From assembly GCA_964502035.1 (NCBI GenBank), contig CAZCUW010000004.1, positions 21,171 to 85,170 of the forward strand: a stretch of 64,000 bases of DNA. Direction: 5' to 3'. Shown here piece after piece: positions 1 to 8,500 of this stretch (its first letter is position 1; every line of letters starts with the position of its first letter). The position numbers and the translations under genes were made by a program. This DNA is from an uncultured Sphingopyxis sp. (GTDB taxonomy: Bacteria > Pseudomonadota > Alphaproteobacteria > Sphingomonadales > Sphingomonadaceae). The notes beneath the pieces are model-generated. The model had not been told where the DNA came from. It ran no database searches and saw only the letters and a program-made list of their open reading frames with translations.

Positions 1-17
1 GGGCGTGGGCGTTCGGG

Positions 18-1514
18 GTGCTGATGCTGCTCGCCTTTCTGGTCGGGCCGATCTGGACCTGGTACAGCTACAGACAAGTTAACGAGCGGCCCGACGGTTT
101 TCATGCCGACAGCAGCTGGCTGTCGGGGCCGCTGTCAAGCGCGCACGCCAGCCTGAAGGATGATTGCCAGTCGTGCCATGTCGAGCCGTTCGTCGCGGTG
201 ACCGACAAGGCCTGCGTCAACTGCCACACCGGCGAACATAAGACGATGAGCATGGCGCATGCCGGGGCGCCGACCGCGATGCTGCTGGCGGCGCGCGCGC
301 CCGACGGCGGGTTCGACAAATTGCTGGCGAACGTCGGCGAGGCGTTCAACCGGCCGCAGGGGCGCTGTGTCGATTGCCATACCGAGCATGAAGGCGCCGG
401 GCCGATGCCCGCGACGCCGCAGAAATTCTGCGCCGATTGCCACGACGGGATGCAGGGCAGGTTGAAGGCCGAGGGGCATCCGACGACGCTGGCCGACGCC
501 GGTGATTTCGGCACCGGCCACCCCGAATTCCGCCCGCTGGTCCGCGCCGCACCGGGCGCCAAGCTGGCGCGCGCGGCGCCGGGCAAGGGAGATGTCGACT
601 ATAACGGGCTGAAATTCCCGCACGATATGCATTTGCAGGCGACCGGCGGGGTCGCGCGGATGGCGGCGAGTTTCCGCGGCCGTTATGATTTCGGGCAAAA
701 ACTGGAATGCGAAAATTGCCACCGGGTCGAGGCCGACGGGGTGCGCGTCAAGCCGGTCGAGATGGAGCGCGATTGCGCGATGTGCCACAGTCTGGCGTTC
801 GAGACCGTCGGCGGCACGACGCGCACCTTGCGCCATGGCGAGCCCGATCAGGTCGTCGCCGACCTCACCGCCTATTACCGCTCGACCCCGCCCGCACGTC
901 CGCTGCAACTCGGCGGGATGCAGCGGCGGCGCCCGGGCGCCTATGCCGAGGGGCAGGTGTACAGCATCTATTTCCGCGAAGTCGCGGTGCGGCCCGGCCG
1001 CGCCGAGGATGCGGTGCGCGCGGTCTTTTCAAAAGGCGGCGCCTGTTACGACTGCCACACGATCTTTGCCCCGCAGGCCGGGAACGGCTGGCGCGTGGCG
1101 GCGGTGAGCCAGACGGCGCGTTACCTGCAAAAGGGCTGGTTCGACCATGACGCGCATCGCGAGACCGATTGCGCCGACTGCCACACCGCCGCGCCCGCGT
1201 CGAAATCGTCGAGCGACCTGCTCGTCCCCGGCCTGCGCCAATGCCGCGATTGTCATGTCGGCGAGGGCGGGGCGCGGATCGTGAAGGTCGAAACCGCGAC
1301 CGAATCGCCCTGCGCGATGTGCCACGAATATCATTCGGACGGCGGCCAGCCGTGGGTTCCGAACCGTCAGCGGAAGGTAAATGCCGCGGCAATCACAAAT
1401 AAACCCCTGCATGTTAGCTATGGTGTGAGTGGGATCACAGGCATCGGGGCACGGGGTCTTTACAATGTGACGTGGCGCACACCTGCCTTGCACGGGGCAA
1501 GGCGGGGCGGATAG
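18..1514 (+). CDS. membrane-anchored multihaem c-type cytochrome (10 CXXCH motifs); may continue past the left edge
   Basis: The 498-aa ORF contains ten CXXCH haem-binding motifs, read directly: CQSCH, CVNCH, CVDCH, CADCH, CENCH, CAMCH, CYDCH, CADCH, CRDCH, CAMCH. The N-terminus is hydrophobic (LMLLAFLVGPIW). The frame stays open back to nt 3, so the true start may lie outside the window. Confidence 0.8.
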   Translation: MLMLLAFLVGPIWTWYSYRQVNERPDGFHADSSWLSGPLSSAHASLKDDCQSCHVEPFVAVTDKACVNCHTGEHKTMSMAHAGAPTAMLLAARAPDGGFDKLLANVGEAFNRPQGRCVDCHTEHEGAGPMPATPQKFCADCHDGMQGRLKAEGHPTTLADAGDFGTGHPEFRPLVRAAPGAKLARAAPGKGDVDYNGLKFPHDMHLQATGGVARMAASFRGRYDFGQKLECENCHRVEADGVRVKPVEMERDCAMCHSLAFETVGGTTRTLRHGEPDQVVADLTAYYRSTPPARPLQLGGMQRRRPGAYAEGQVYSIYFREVAVRPGRAEDAVRAVFSKGGACYDCHTIFAPQAGNGWRVAAVSQTARYLQKGWFDHDAHRETDCADCHTAAPASKSSSDLLVPGLRQCRDCHVGEGGARIVKVETATESPCAMCHEYHSDGGQPWVPNRQRKVNAAAITNKPLHVSYGVSGITGIGARGLYNVTWRTPALHGARRGG

Positions 1515-1557
1515 GTTTAGAACCGGGGCCGATAACGGGCCGGAGCAGGGGACGGAT

Positions 1558-2406
1558 GTGCTGGTCGCGCAGATCACCGATATCCATTTGGGGTTCGATC
1601 CGGACAATCCGGCCGAATATAACCGCAAGCGCCTCGACGAGGTGCTGGACCTGCTGATCGAGGGGCCGAACCGCCCTGACCTGTTGCTCGCCACCGGCGA
1701 CATCACCGATCGCGGCGACGAAGACAGCTATCGCCGCCTCGCCAACGCCTTTTCGCGCTGCCCGTTCCCGGTGTGGCCCAGCGTCGGCAATCATGATTTG
1801 CGCGATAATTTCCACGCCCAGTTTCCGGGCTTCGACGACGGCAATGGCTTTGTCCAATACACGATCGAACTGCCCGAAATGCGGCTGGTGACGATCGACA
1901 CACTGGAGGAAGGGCGCCACGGCGGGGCGTTTTGCGAGGCGCGGGCGGCGTGGCTCGACGCCGAACTGGCGAAGGACGCCGCCAAGCCGACCTATATCGT
2001 GATGCACCATCCGCCGGTGGAAAGCGGCATCGAATGGATGAACACCCACCCCGACGAACCGTGGGTGACGCTTTTTACCGATGTGGTGCGGAAGCATCCG
2101 CAGGTGCGCGGGCTGATCTGCGGCCACCTTCACCGCAGCGTCACCGTGGCGTGGGAGGGGCGCACCGTCGCGATTTGTTCGTCAACCGCGCCGCAGGTCT
2201 CGCTCGACCTGCGCCCGATCGACGCGGACCGCCCCGACGACCGCCCGATGATCGTCGCCGAGGATCCGGCCTATGCGCTCCACCGCTGGAACGGCCGCGA
2301 ACTGGTGAGCTTTTACGATTTTGCCGGGGCGCATACGATGCTGGCGAAATATGACGCACATTTGCAGCCGCTGGTGCGCGAGTTGAAAGCGGAACGGCCG
2401 GCGTAA
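1558..2406 (+). CDS. metallophosphoesterase, CpdA-like class III cyclic-nucleotide phosphodiesterase family
   Basis: The ordered calcineurin-like/CpdA motifs are present: DIH (ITDIHLG), GD (GDITDRG), GNHD, H (MHHPP), GHLH. The protein is 282 aa. Confidence 0.75.
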   Translation: MLVAQITDIHLGFDPDNPAEYNRKRLDEVLDLLIEGPNRPDLLLATGDITDRGDEDSYRRLANAFSRCPFPVWPSVGNHDLRDNFHAQFPGFDDGNGFVQYTIELPEMRLVTIDTLEEGRHGGAFCEARAAWLDAELAKDAAKPTYIVMHHPPVESGIEWMNTHPDEPWVTLFTDVVRKHPQVRGLICGHLHRSVTVAWEGRTVAICSSTAPQVSLDLRPIDADRPDDRPMIVAEDPAYALHRWNGRELVSFYDFAGAHTMLAKYDAHLQPLVRELKAERPA

Positions 2407-2443
2407 CAGCCGTCGCCCCCGCCTCCGCGGGGGCGACGGCTGA

Positions 2444-3388
2444 TCAATACCCCAACGTCAAATCCACTCGCGGCTCGACCGTCTCGCCCTTTTTCCAGCG
2501 CTCCAGATTCTCCAGAAACCGCTGCGCCGACCGCACAAACATCTTGTCCTGCGCGCGGCCCGACAGGTGCATGGTGATGTGGGCGTTGTCGAGGCTCCAC
2601 AGCGGGTCATCGGCGGGCAGCGGTTCGGGGGTCGTGACGTCGAGGAACGCCGCCGCGATCTGCTTTTCGTTCAGCGCCGCGACCAGTGCGTCCTGATCGA
2701 CGACGCTGCCGCGCGCGATGTTGATCAGCGTCGCGGTCGGCTTCATTGCGGCCAACTCCGCGGCGGCGATCATGGCGTCGGTTTCGGGGGTGGCGGGCAC
2801 CGCGAGGATCACCCAGTCGAAATCGCCAAGCTGCGCGCGCCACTGATCGGGGGTCAGCGTGTTCGGGCCGGGGGAACGGCGCACCACGGTGACGTCGACC
2901 GCGAACGCCTTCAACCGCTCCTCGATCAGCTTACCGATCGCGCCATAGCCGAGCAGCAGTGCCTTCGACCCGAACAGTTCGACCTTGCCCGGCGAATCGA
3001 TCAGCCATTCGCGGCGTTCCTGCGCGCGAACGACGTCGCGATACCCCTTGGCGACGGTGAGCATCCCCATCACAACATATTCGGCGATGGTGATCGCGTT
3101 GATCCCGGCGCCGTTGGTGACAATGGTGCCGCGCTGCCCGAGCAGATCGAGCGGCATGCCATCGACCCCGGCGTAGATCGAGTTCAGCCATTTCAGCTTC
3201 GTCGCGGCGGTGATGACCGCGGCCATATCCTTCTTGTCGTACATGTCGAACCAGCCGATCTCGGCCGACGGCGCGAGTTCGAGCGCCTCGTCCTTCGACT
3301 GGAAAAAGCGCGGTTCGACCCAGTCGGGCAGGCGGTTTTCGACAAGCGGCCGGATAAGGCCCGACAGGACGGTGACGGTCTTGGTCAT
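2444..3388 (-). CDS. D-isomer-specific 2-hydroxyacid dehydrogenase family oxidoreductase
   Basis: It has a Rossmann motif (LLLGYGAIGKLI) and C-terminal catalytic-region motifs (NIARGSVVD, LDVTTPEPLP, HLSG). The start is set at MTKTV (ATG at 3388). The upstream part of the ORF runs through a repeat element and is not protein-like. Confidence 0.8.
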   Translation of the reverse strand: MTKTVTVLSGLIRPLVENRLPDWVEPRFFQSKDEALELAPSAEIGWFDMYDKKDMAAVITAATKLKWLNSIYAGVDGMPLDLLGQRGTIVTNGAGINAITIAEYVVMGMLTVAKGYRDVVRAQERREWLIDSPGKVELFGSKALLLGYGAIGKLIEERLKAFAVDVTVVRRSPGPNTLTPDQWRAQLGDFDWVILAVPATPETDAMIAAAELAAMKPTATLINIARGSVVDQDALVAALNEKQIAAAFLDVTTPEPLPADDPLWSLDNAHITMHLSGRAQDKMFVRSAQRFLENLERWKKGETVEPRVDLTLGY

Positions 3389-3831
3389 AAATGATCCTTT
3401 TGATCCTCCCCATCGACTTGCGATGGGGAGGTGGCATCGCGAAGCGATGACGGAGGGGCTTTCCCGAACGCAGCCAGGCGGCTTTCGACGACTTCGAGGA
3501 TAGACTGGGCCACGGCTTCCACGCTGTCCAGCACCTCTCTTGCCGGAATGCGAAGCGTGTCGATACGGTGTTCGCGCAGGAAACAGTCGCGGCAATCGTC
3601 GTGAGCTGGGCGGTCGCCTATGTCGTGCGCCATGCCGTCGATCTCGATCGCGAGATTGGCTCGGGCGCAGAAGAAATCGAGGATGTAAGGGCCAGCTGGG
3701 TGTTGTTTGCGGAATCTGTAGCCGTTCGGTGAAGCGCGCAGAAATTGCCAGAGCATCGCTTCGGGGAGGCTCAGTTCGCGGCGGAAGCGTTTTGCGCGGC
3801 GAACGGATTTCGCCGGTTTGTCTGGCCGCAT
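3385..3831 (-). CDS. DUF559 (Vsr-like endonuclease fold) domain protein
   Basis: The segment LSLPEAMLWQFLR...FRKQHPAGPYILDFFCARANLAIEIDG..H is typical of the DUF559 family. The start is set at MRPDKPAK (ATG at 3831), just inside the right repeat. The C-terminal tail is a translation of the left repeat. Confidence 0.7.
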   Translation of the reverse strand: MRPDKPAKSVRRAKRFRRELSLPEAMLWQFLRASPNGYRFRKQHPAGPYILDFFCARANLAIEIDGMAHDIGDRPAHDDCRDCFLREHRIDTLRIPAREVLDSVEAVAQSILEVVESRLAAFGKAPPSSLRDATSPSQVDGEDQKDHL

Positions 3832-3895
3832 CGTCGTTGCCCCTCCGTCAGCCCTCCGGGCTGCCACCTCCCCATCGCAAGTCGATGGGGAGGAT
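3403..3895. mobile_element. DUF559 cassette bounded by 57-bp inverted repeats (possible insertion module)
   Basis: Left arm 3403-3459 and right arm 3839-3895 are reverse complements of each other. Each arm carries the hairpin CTCCCCATCG-n5-CGATGGGGAG plus a second stem-loop. The cassette exactly fills the gap between the dehydrogenase start (3388) and the cysS stop (3899). Confidence 0.4.
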
Positions 3896-3898
3896 ATT

Positions 3899-5425
3899 CT
3901 AAACCTCCAGCCGCCAGTCCCAGCCGAGCGGGTCGCCGTCCATCACCTCGACCCCCGCGGCGATGAGCTCGTCGCGGAGTTTGTCGGACGCGGCGAAGTC
4001 CTTCGCGGCGCGGGCTTCCTTGCGGCGGGTGAGGGTGGCTTCGATTTCGGCTTCGGTGATGGCGGCGGCTTTGGGGCGGATGCGGAGGTCGGTGCGGTCT
4101 AGGGTGAGCAGGTTGAGGCCGACGATGCTGTCCAGCATCGTTATTGCTGAAAGTGCATCTGTGGCTGGCTGTTGGGCAGCCCCATCTCCAAAAAGAACAA
4201 TGTCCAAATGGGTGATCACCCTTGGCGTGCCCAAGTCATTTGACACCGCGGCAGTAGCTTCCTCTACCTGATACCTAATTGCCGCTTCTAAATCAGCGGC
4301 GTCACCCTGAACTTGTTTCAGGGTCCATGGCGCTTCGCCGTCACCTTGCTCCGTGGATGCTGAAACAAGTTCAGCATGACGAGATTTGAGGGCGGTTACG
4401 GCCATCACCATCCGCTTCAGCCGCACAAATGCCGCCTGCAAACCCTCCCACGAAAACTCCAGCTCGCTGCGATAATGCGCCTGCAGGCACATCAACCGAT
4501 ACGCCAGCGGGTGGTAGCCTTTGTCGATCAGCAGTTGCAGGCGCAGGAATTCGCCCGCGCTTTTGCTCATCTTGCCGCTGCGTTCGATCAGGAAATTATT
4601 GTGCATCCAGATGCGCGCGCCGCTGGCGTCGCTGCAGCTGTGCGCCTGGTTCTGCGCGATCTCGTTCGGGTGATGGATTTCGCGGTGGTCGATGCCGCCG
4701 GTGTGGATGTCGAACGGAAAGCCGAGCAGGGCTTCGGACATCACCGAGCATTCGAGGTGCCAGCCGGGGGCGCCGCGGCCCCAGGGCGAGTCCCACTCCA
4801 TCTGGCGCGTCTCGCCCGTAGGGGTCTTGCGCCAGATTGCGAAATCGGCGGCGTGGCGCTTGCCCTCGACCTCTTCGATGCGGCCTTCGCCATCTTCGGT
4901 TTTCGCGCGCGCGAGGGCGCCGTAATCAGTCACCGTCGAGGTGTCGAAGTAGAGGCCGCCTTCGAGCTCGTAGCAATGCTTGGCGGCGATCGCTTTCGCG
5001 AACTCGATCATCTGCGGCACATAGTCGGTGGCGATCGACCAGTGCGCCGGCTGGCGGATATTGAGCGCCTTCACGTCGGCCCAATAGGCCTCGGTATAAT
5101 GGCGCGCGATGTCCCAGATCGACTGCGCTTTCTCCGCAGCCATCTTTTCCATCTTGTCCTCGCCCGCATCGGCGTCGTCGGTCAGATGGCCGACGTCGGT
5201 GATGTTGATGACGTGGGTGAGCTTGTAACCCTTGAACGACAGCGTGCGGCCCAGCGTGTCGGCGAAGACATAGGCGCGCATGTTGCCGATGTGCGGGTAG
5301 TTATAGACGGTCGGGCCGCAGCTATAGACGCGCGCCTCACCGGGGTGGACGGGCTGGAACTCTTCCAGCTGGCGCGTCAGGCTGTTGAACAGCTTGAGCG
5401 GGGTTGAGGCAGGGGCGTCGGTCAT
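3899..5425 (-). CDS. cysS: cysteine--tRNA ligase
   Basis: It has a class I aaRS HIGH-type motif (YNYPHIGNMRAY) and KMSKS, and CysS-like sequence throughout. The start is MTDAP (ATG at 5425), with an alternative ATG at 5437. Confidence 0.95.
   Translation of the reverse strand: MTDAPASTPLKLFNSLTRQLEEFQPVHPGEARVYSCGPTVYNYPHIGNMRAYVFADTLGRTLSFKGYKLTHVINITDVGHLTDDADAGEDKMEKMAAEKAQSIWDIARHYTEAYWADVKALNIRQPAHWSIATDYVPQMIEFAKAIAAKHCYELEGGLYFDTSTVTDYGALARAKTEDGEGRIEEVEGKRHAADFAIWRKTPTGETRQMEWDSPWGRGAPGWHLECSVMSEALLGFPFDIHTGGIDHREIHHPNEIAQNQAHSCSDASGARIWMHNNFLIERSGKMSKSAGEFLRLQLLIDKGYHPLAYRLMCLQAHYRSELEFSWEGLQAAFVRLKRMVMAVTALKSRHAELVSASTEQGDGEAPWTLKQVQGDAADLEAAIRYQVEEATAAVSNDLGTPRVITHLDIVLFGDGAAQQPATDALSAITMLDSIVGLNLLTLDRTDLRIRPKAAAITEAEIEATLTRRKEARAAKDFAASDKLRDELIAAGVEVMDGDPLGWDWRLEV
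4307..4374. repeat. 68-bp palindromic element translated in frame within cysS
   Basis: CTGAACTTGTTTCAG (4307-4321) and CTGAAACAAGTTCAG (4360-4374) are perfect 15-bp inverted arms, and the adjoining GGTCCATGG / CCGTGGATG are partly complementary. The element lies in a lower-GC patch of the gene. Confidence 0.7.
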
Positions 5426-5480
5426 GTTGCCGCCCATGCCTTGCGGCTGGGGGAGGCGTCAACCCGCTTGAAGGACCGTA

Positions 5481-5537
5481 GCCCTGAGCCTGTCGGAGGG
5501 CGCTTCTCGGATAGGCGCCCTTCGACAGGCTCAGGGC
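5481..5537. repeat. REP-like palindrome (GCCCTGAGCCTGTCG..CGACAGGCTCAGGGC type)
   Basis: GCCCTGAGCCTGTCGGAGGGCGC-n11-GCGCCCTTCGACAGGCTCAGGGC. It sits just downstream of the tpsA stop and upstream of the cysS start. Confidence 0.8.
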
Positions 5538-5559
5538 TGCGGTTTTGTTGCAAAGCGCC

Positions 5560-8500
5560 TTACGGCCCCTCGGTCGGCGTCCACAGATCGTCGTTGCCTG
5601 CGCCGGTTACCGGATCGTCGAGCAAAGGTTCGCCGCTCAGCGGATCGAGGCCGCGCATCGTGATCAGCGGTACCGGCAAGCTCTGGCCGCTGCCGTCTTC
5701 ATCCTCGGCATCGGCCTCTTCCTCGATGACGTCCTGGACCGGGAAGCTGTTTTCCAGACCCACGAACGCGCAGCTTGCGGCACTGGCGATGACGCAGCCG
5801 TTGAAGGTCGAACGCGGGTCAAAGCTGCCCGCCGACGGTGCCGACCCACCGATGGTGAGCAGCGGGATGGTGTCGAGCCCGGTTACCTGGCCGGTTGCGC
5901 CAAGCTGAACCCCGTTGATGACGATCCGTGACGGGCCGTTGGTGACCACGTCGATCCCGCCCGCGCCAAAGGTGAGCCCGCGGCGGCTGGCGAAATCGGT
6001 CCCGGCGCCGCTGTTCTGGACATAGAAGCCGCCGACGACTTCGGCGCGGATACCGCGTGCGAACAGCGATCCTTCGTCGATGACGATCCCGTCGTTCTGC
6101 GCAAGGCGCGCCTCGATCGCGTCAGTGGTCGTCGCGGTGCCAACGTCGCCGATCGCGGCGGTGGTGGCGACGATGATGTCGTCGGACACCATGTTGAGCC
6201 GTCCGGCCGCGTTGGTGCCGTTGACCAGCCGCACCGTGCCCTGGCCCAAAATGACCTCGAGCGCGTCGTCGGCGAACAGGTTGAGCGCATTGGTGTCGGA
6301 CAGGCCGGTCAGCTGGACATTGCCGATCACTCGCATCTTGCCGGGGGTGCGAATGGTCAGCGCGCCATTGGCGCCAAGGTTCGACCCCGCGGCGCCCCCC
6401 GCAAGCGTGAAGCTGTCGACGATGATGTCGGGCGGCGTCGTGCTGCCGACCGAGGTGTCCCGAACCGCCTGGACATCGGGCGCGAAAATTTCGATGCTGG
6501 TGCCGAACAGGCGCGTCAGTTCGCTGGCATCGATATGGAAGCCAGCGCGCGTCCCGGTGCCGCCGACGAAGGTCTGGCTGAACACGTCGTTATTTTCGAT
6601 CGACAGCGTTTCGGTACTGCCCGCGGTGCCGACGCGCGCGCCGCTGGCGATGATGATGTCGTTCGATTCGAGTGCGATATTGCGCGCGGTGAGCACGCCG
6701 TTCACGACAATATCGCCCGTCGATATGATGTCGGCGGCGTTCGCGGCCAGTGCGGAAATGATGATGTCATTGCCGTTCCGCGACGTCAGCGCGGCGCGGC
6801 CCGCGACGACGCTGGAGGTGATCGTCAGCGTCCCCGATCCGTTGGTCACCACCGCGTCGCCGACATCGGCGTCGAGGACGGCAAAGACGATGTCGCCGCC
6901 GGTATCCAGGTCGATGCTGTTGCCGGTCACGGTGACCGGCCCGACCGAAATCAGGCCGTCGGAGGTCACCGCGCCGTTGCTGGCATTGAGCATTGTCGCG
7001 CCGCCCGCCTGAATGTTGGTGGCGTTGACGCCGTTCGTGCCGGTTAGCGTCAACGGACCCGTACCGGTGGTCTGGGCGCGGACGATGTCAATGCGCCCAC
7101 CGGTCAGGGTCAGGTCGCCCCCGGCGCGAACACGGCCGCCGATGATGGCGCCCGCGGTGACGAGCGACAGGTTGCCGCCCGCGTCGAGGGTGTTGATGAA
7201 CGCGCCGCCCGGGCTGGCGAGCGTCGCCAGATCGGCCGCCGCCGCGGTGATCGCTATATTGCGGCCCGCCGTCACGGTGCCTGTGGCGGCGAGGGTGCCG
7301 GTTGCTGTGACCAGCACATCGGTGAAGCTATTGATCCCCGCGAGCGTAGTGTCGCCGCCCTGGGTGCGAATATCGCTGCTGCCGCCTGTTACCCCCTGGC
7401 CCAGCGTCGTCGCGCCGTTGATCGCGAGGGCGCCGGTTGTGGTGACCAGAATATCGTCGGCGGCCGACAGGGTCGAGGCGGCGATGGCGCCGCCCGCGGT
7501 CAGGAAGACGTCGGCGCCATTGGTCGCCGAGACGCCTTCGCCCTGGCTGATCGTGAAGCCGTTGCCCGCCAGATAGCCGAGGGTGGCGGTGTCGGCGCCG
7601 GTTCCAGTCGCGCTGACGCCGGTGGCGGTCAGGGCGCCGACCGCGCGCACCTCGACATCGTCGCCCGCGGTCACGCCGCTGAGCGTGGCGTTGGTCCCGG
7701 CGATGACGAGCATGTCCTCACCCGCGCTGGCGCCGGTCAGCGTCGCCGACCCGCCTGCATTGACCCCGAACATCCGCGCCGCGGCGCTGTTGGTCAGCGC
7801 GGCATCGCCTGCCGCTTCGACAAACACATTGCCCTGGGTCGCGCCGCCGTTGAAATCGACATAGCCGCCATTCGCCGTCGCCGATGCGGTGATGTTGGCG
7901 TTCGAATTCAACCGGACGTCGCCGCCCGCGACAAAGGTGCCGGTCAGGTCGCCATCGGCGAAAATCGAGATAGTCCCCGCCACGTTTGTCTGGTTCACCG
8001 CCACCGGGCCGCCAAGGCCAAAGGCGAACAAGGACGCATCGCCGGTAACGGCGCCAGTCAGCCCAATGCTGTCACCGAAAACGGTAATGTCGCCGCCTGC
8101 CGCGATGTTGGTTCCGGTGATCGCGTTGGCGGCGGACAGGTTGACCGTGCTGCCTGCATCGATTGCAGCAAAGGCGATGCTGTCGCCGTTGATGCTGGTC
8201 GCCTGCCCCGACCGCAGGGTGCCGGTGGTCGTCACCGCACCCGAAGCGGTCAGCGTCAGATTGTCGAAGGCATTGATGTTGCCGCCGCCGATATTGCCCG
8301 CCGAAGCGGTCAGCACGATGTTCGACAAATCGGGCGGCGATGCGTTGATCTGGAAGCCGCTGACGCCCGTGGGGCTGACCGGCAGATAGGTCAGTGTCGC
8401 GGAGTCGGGCCCGGCCCCGGTGGCGGTCAGGCCATTGGCGATGATCCCGCCCGCCGCGATCGCCGTCAGATCATCGCCCGCGGTCAGGTTGGTCAGCGTC

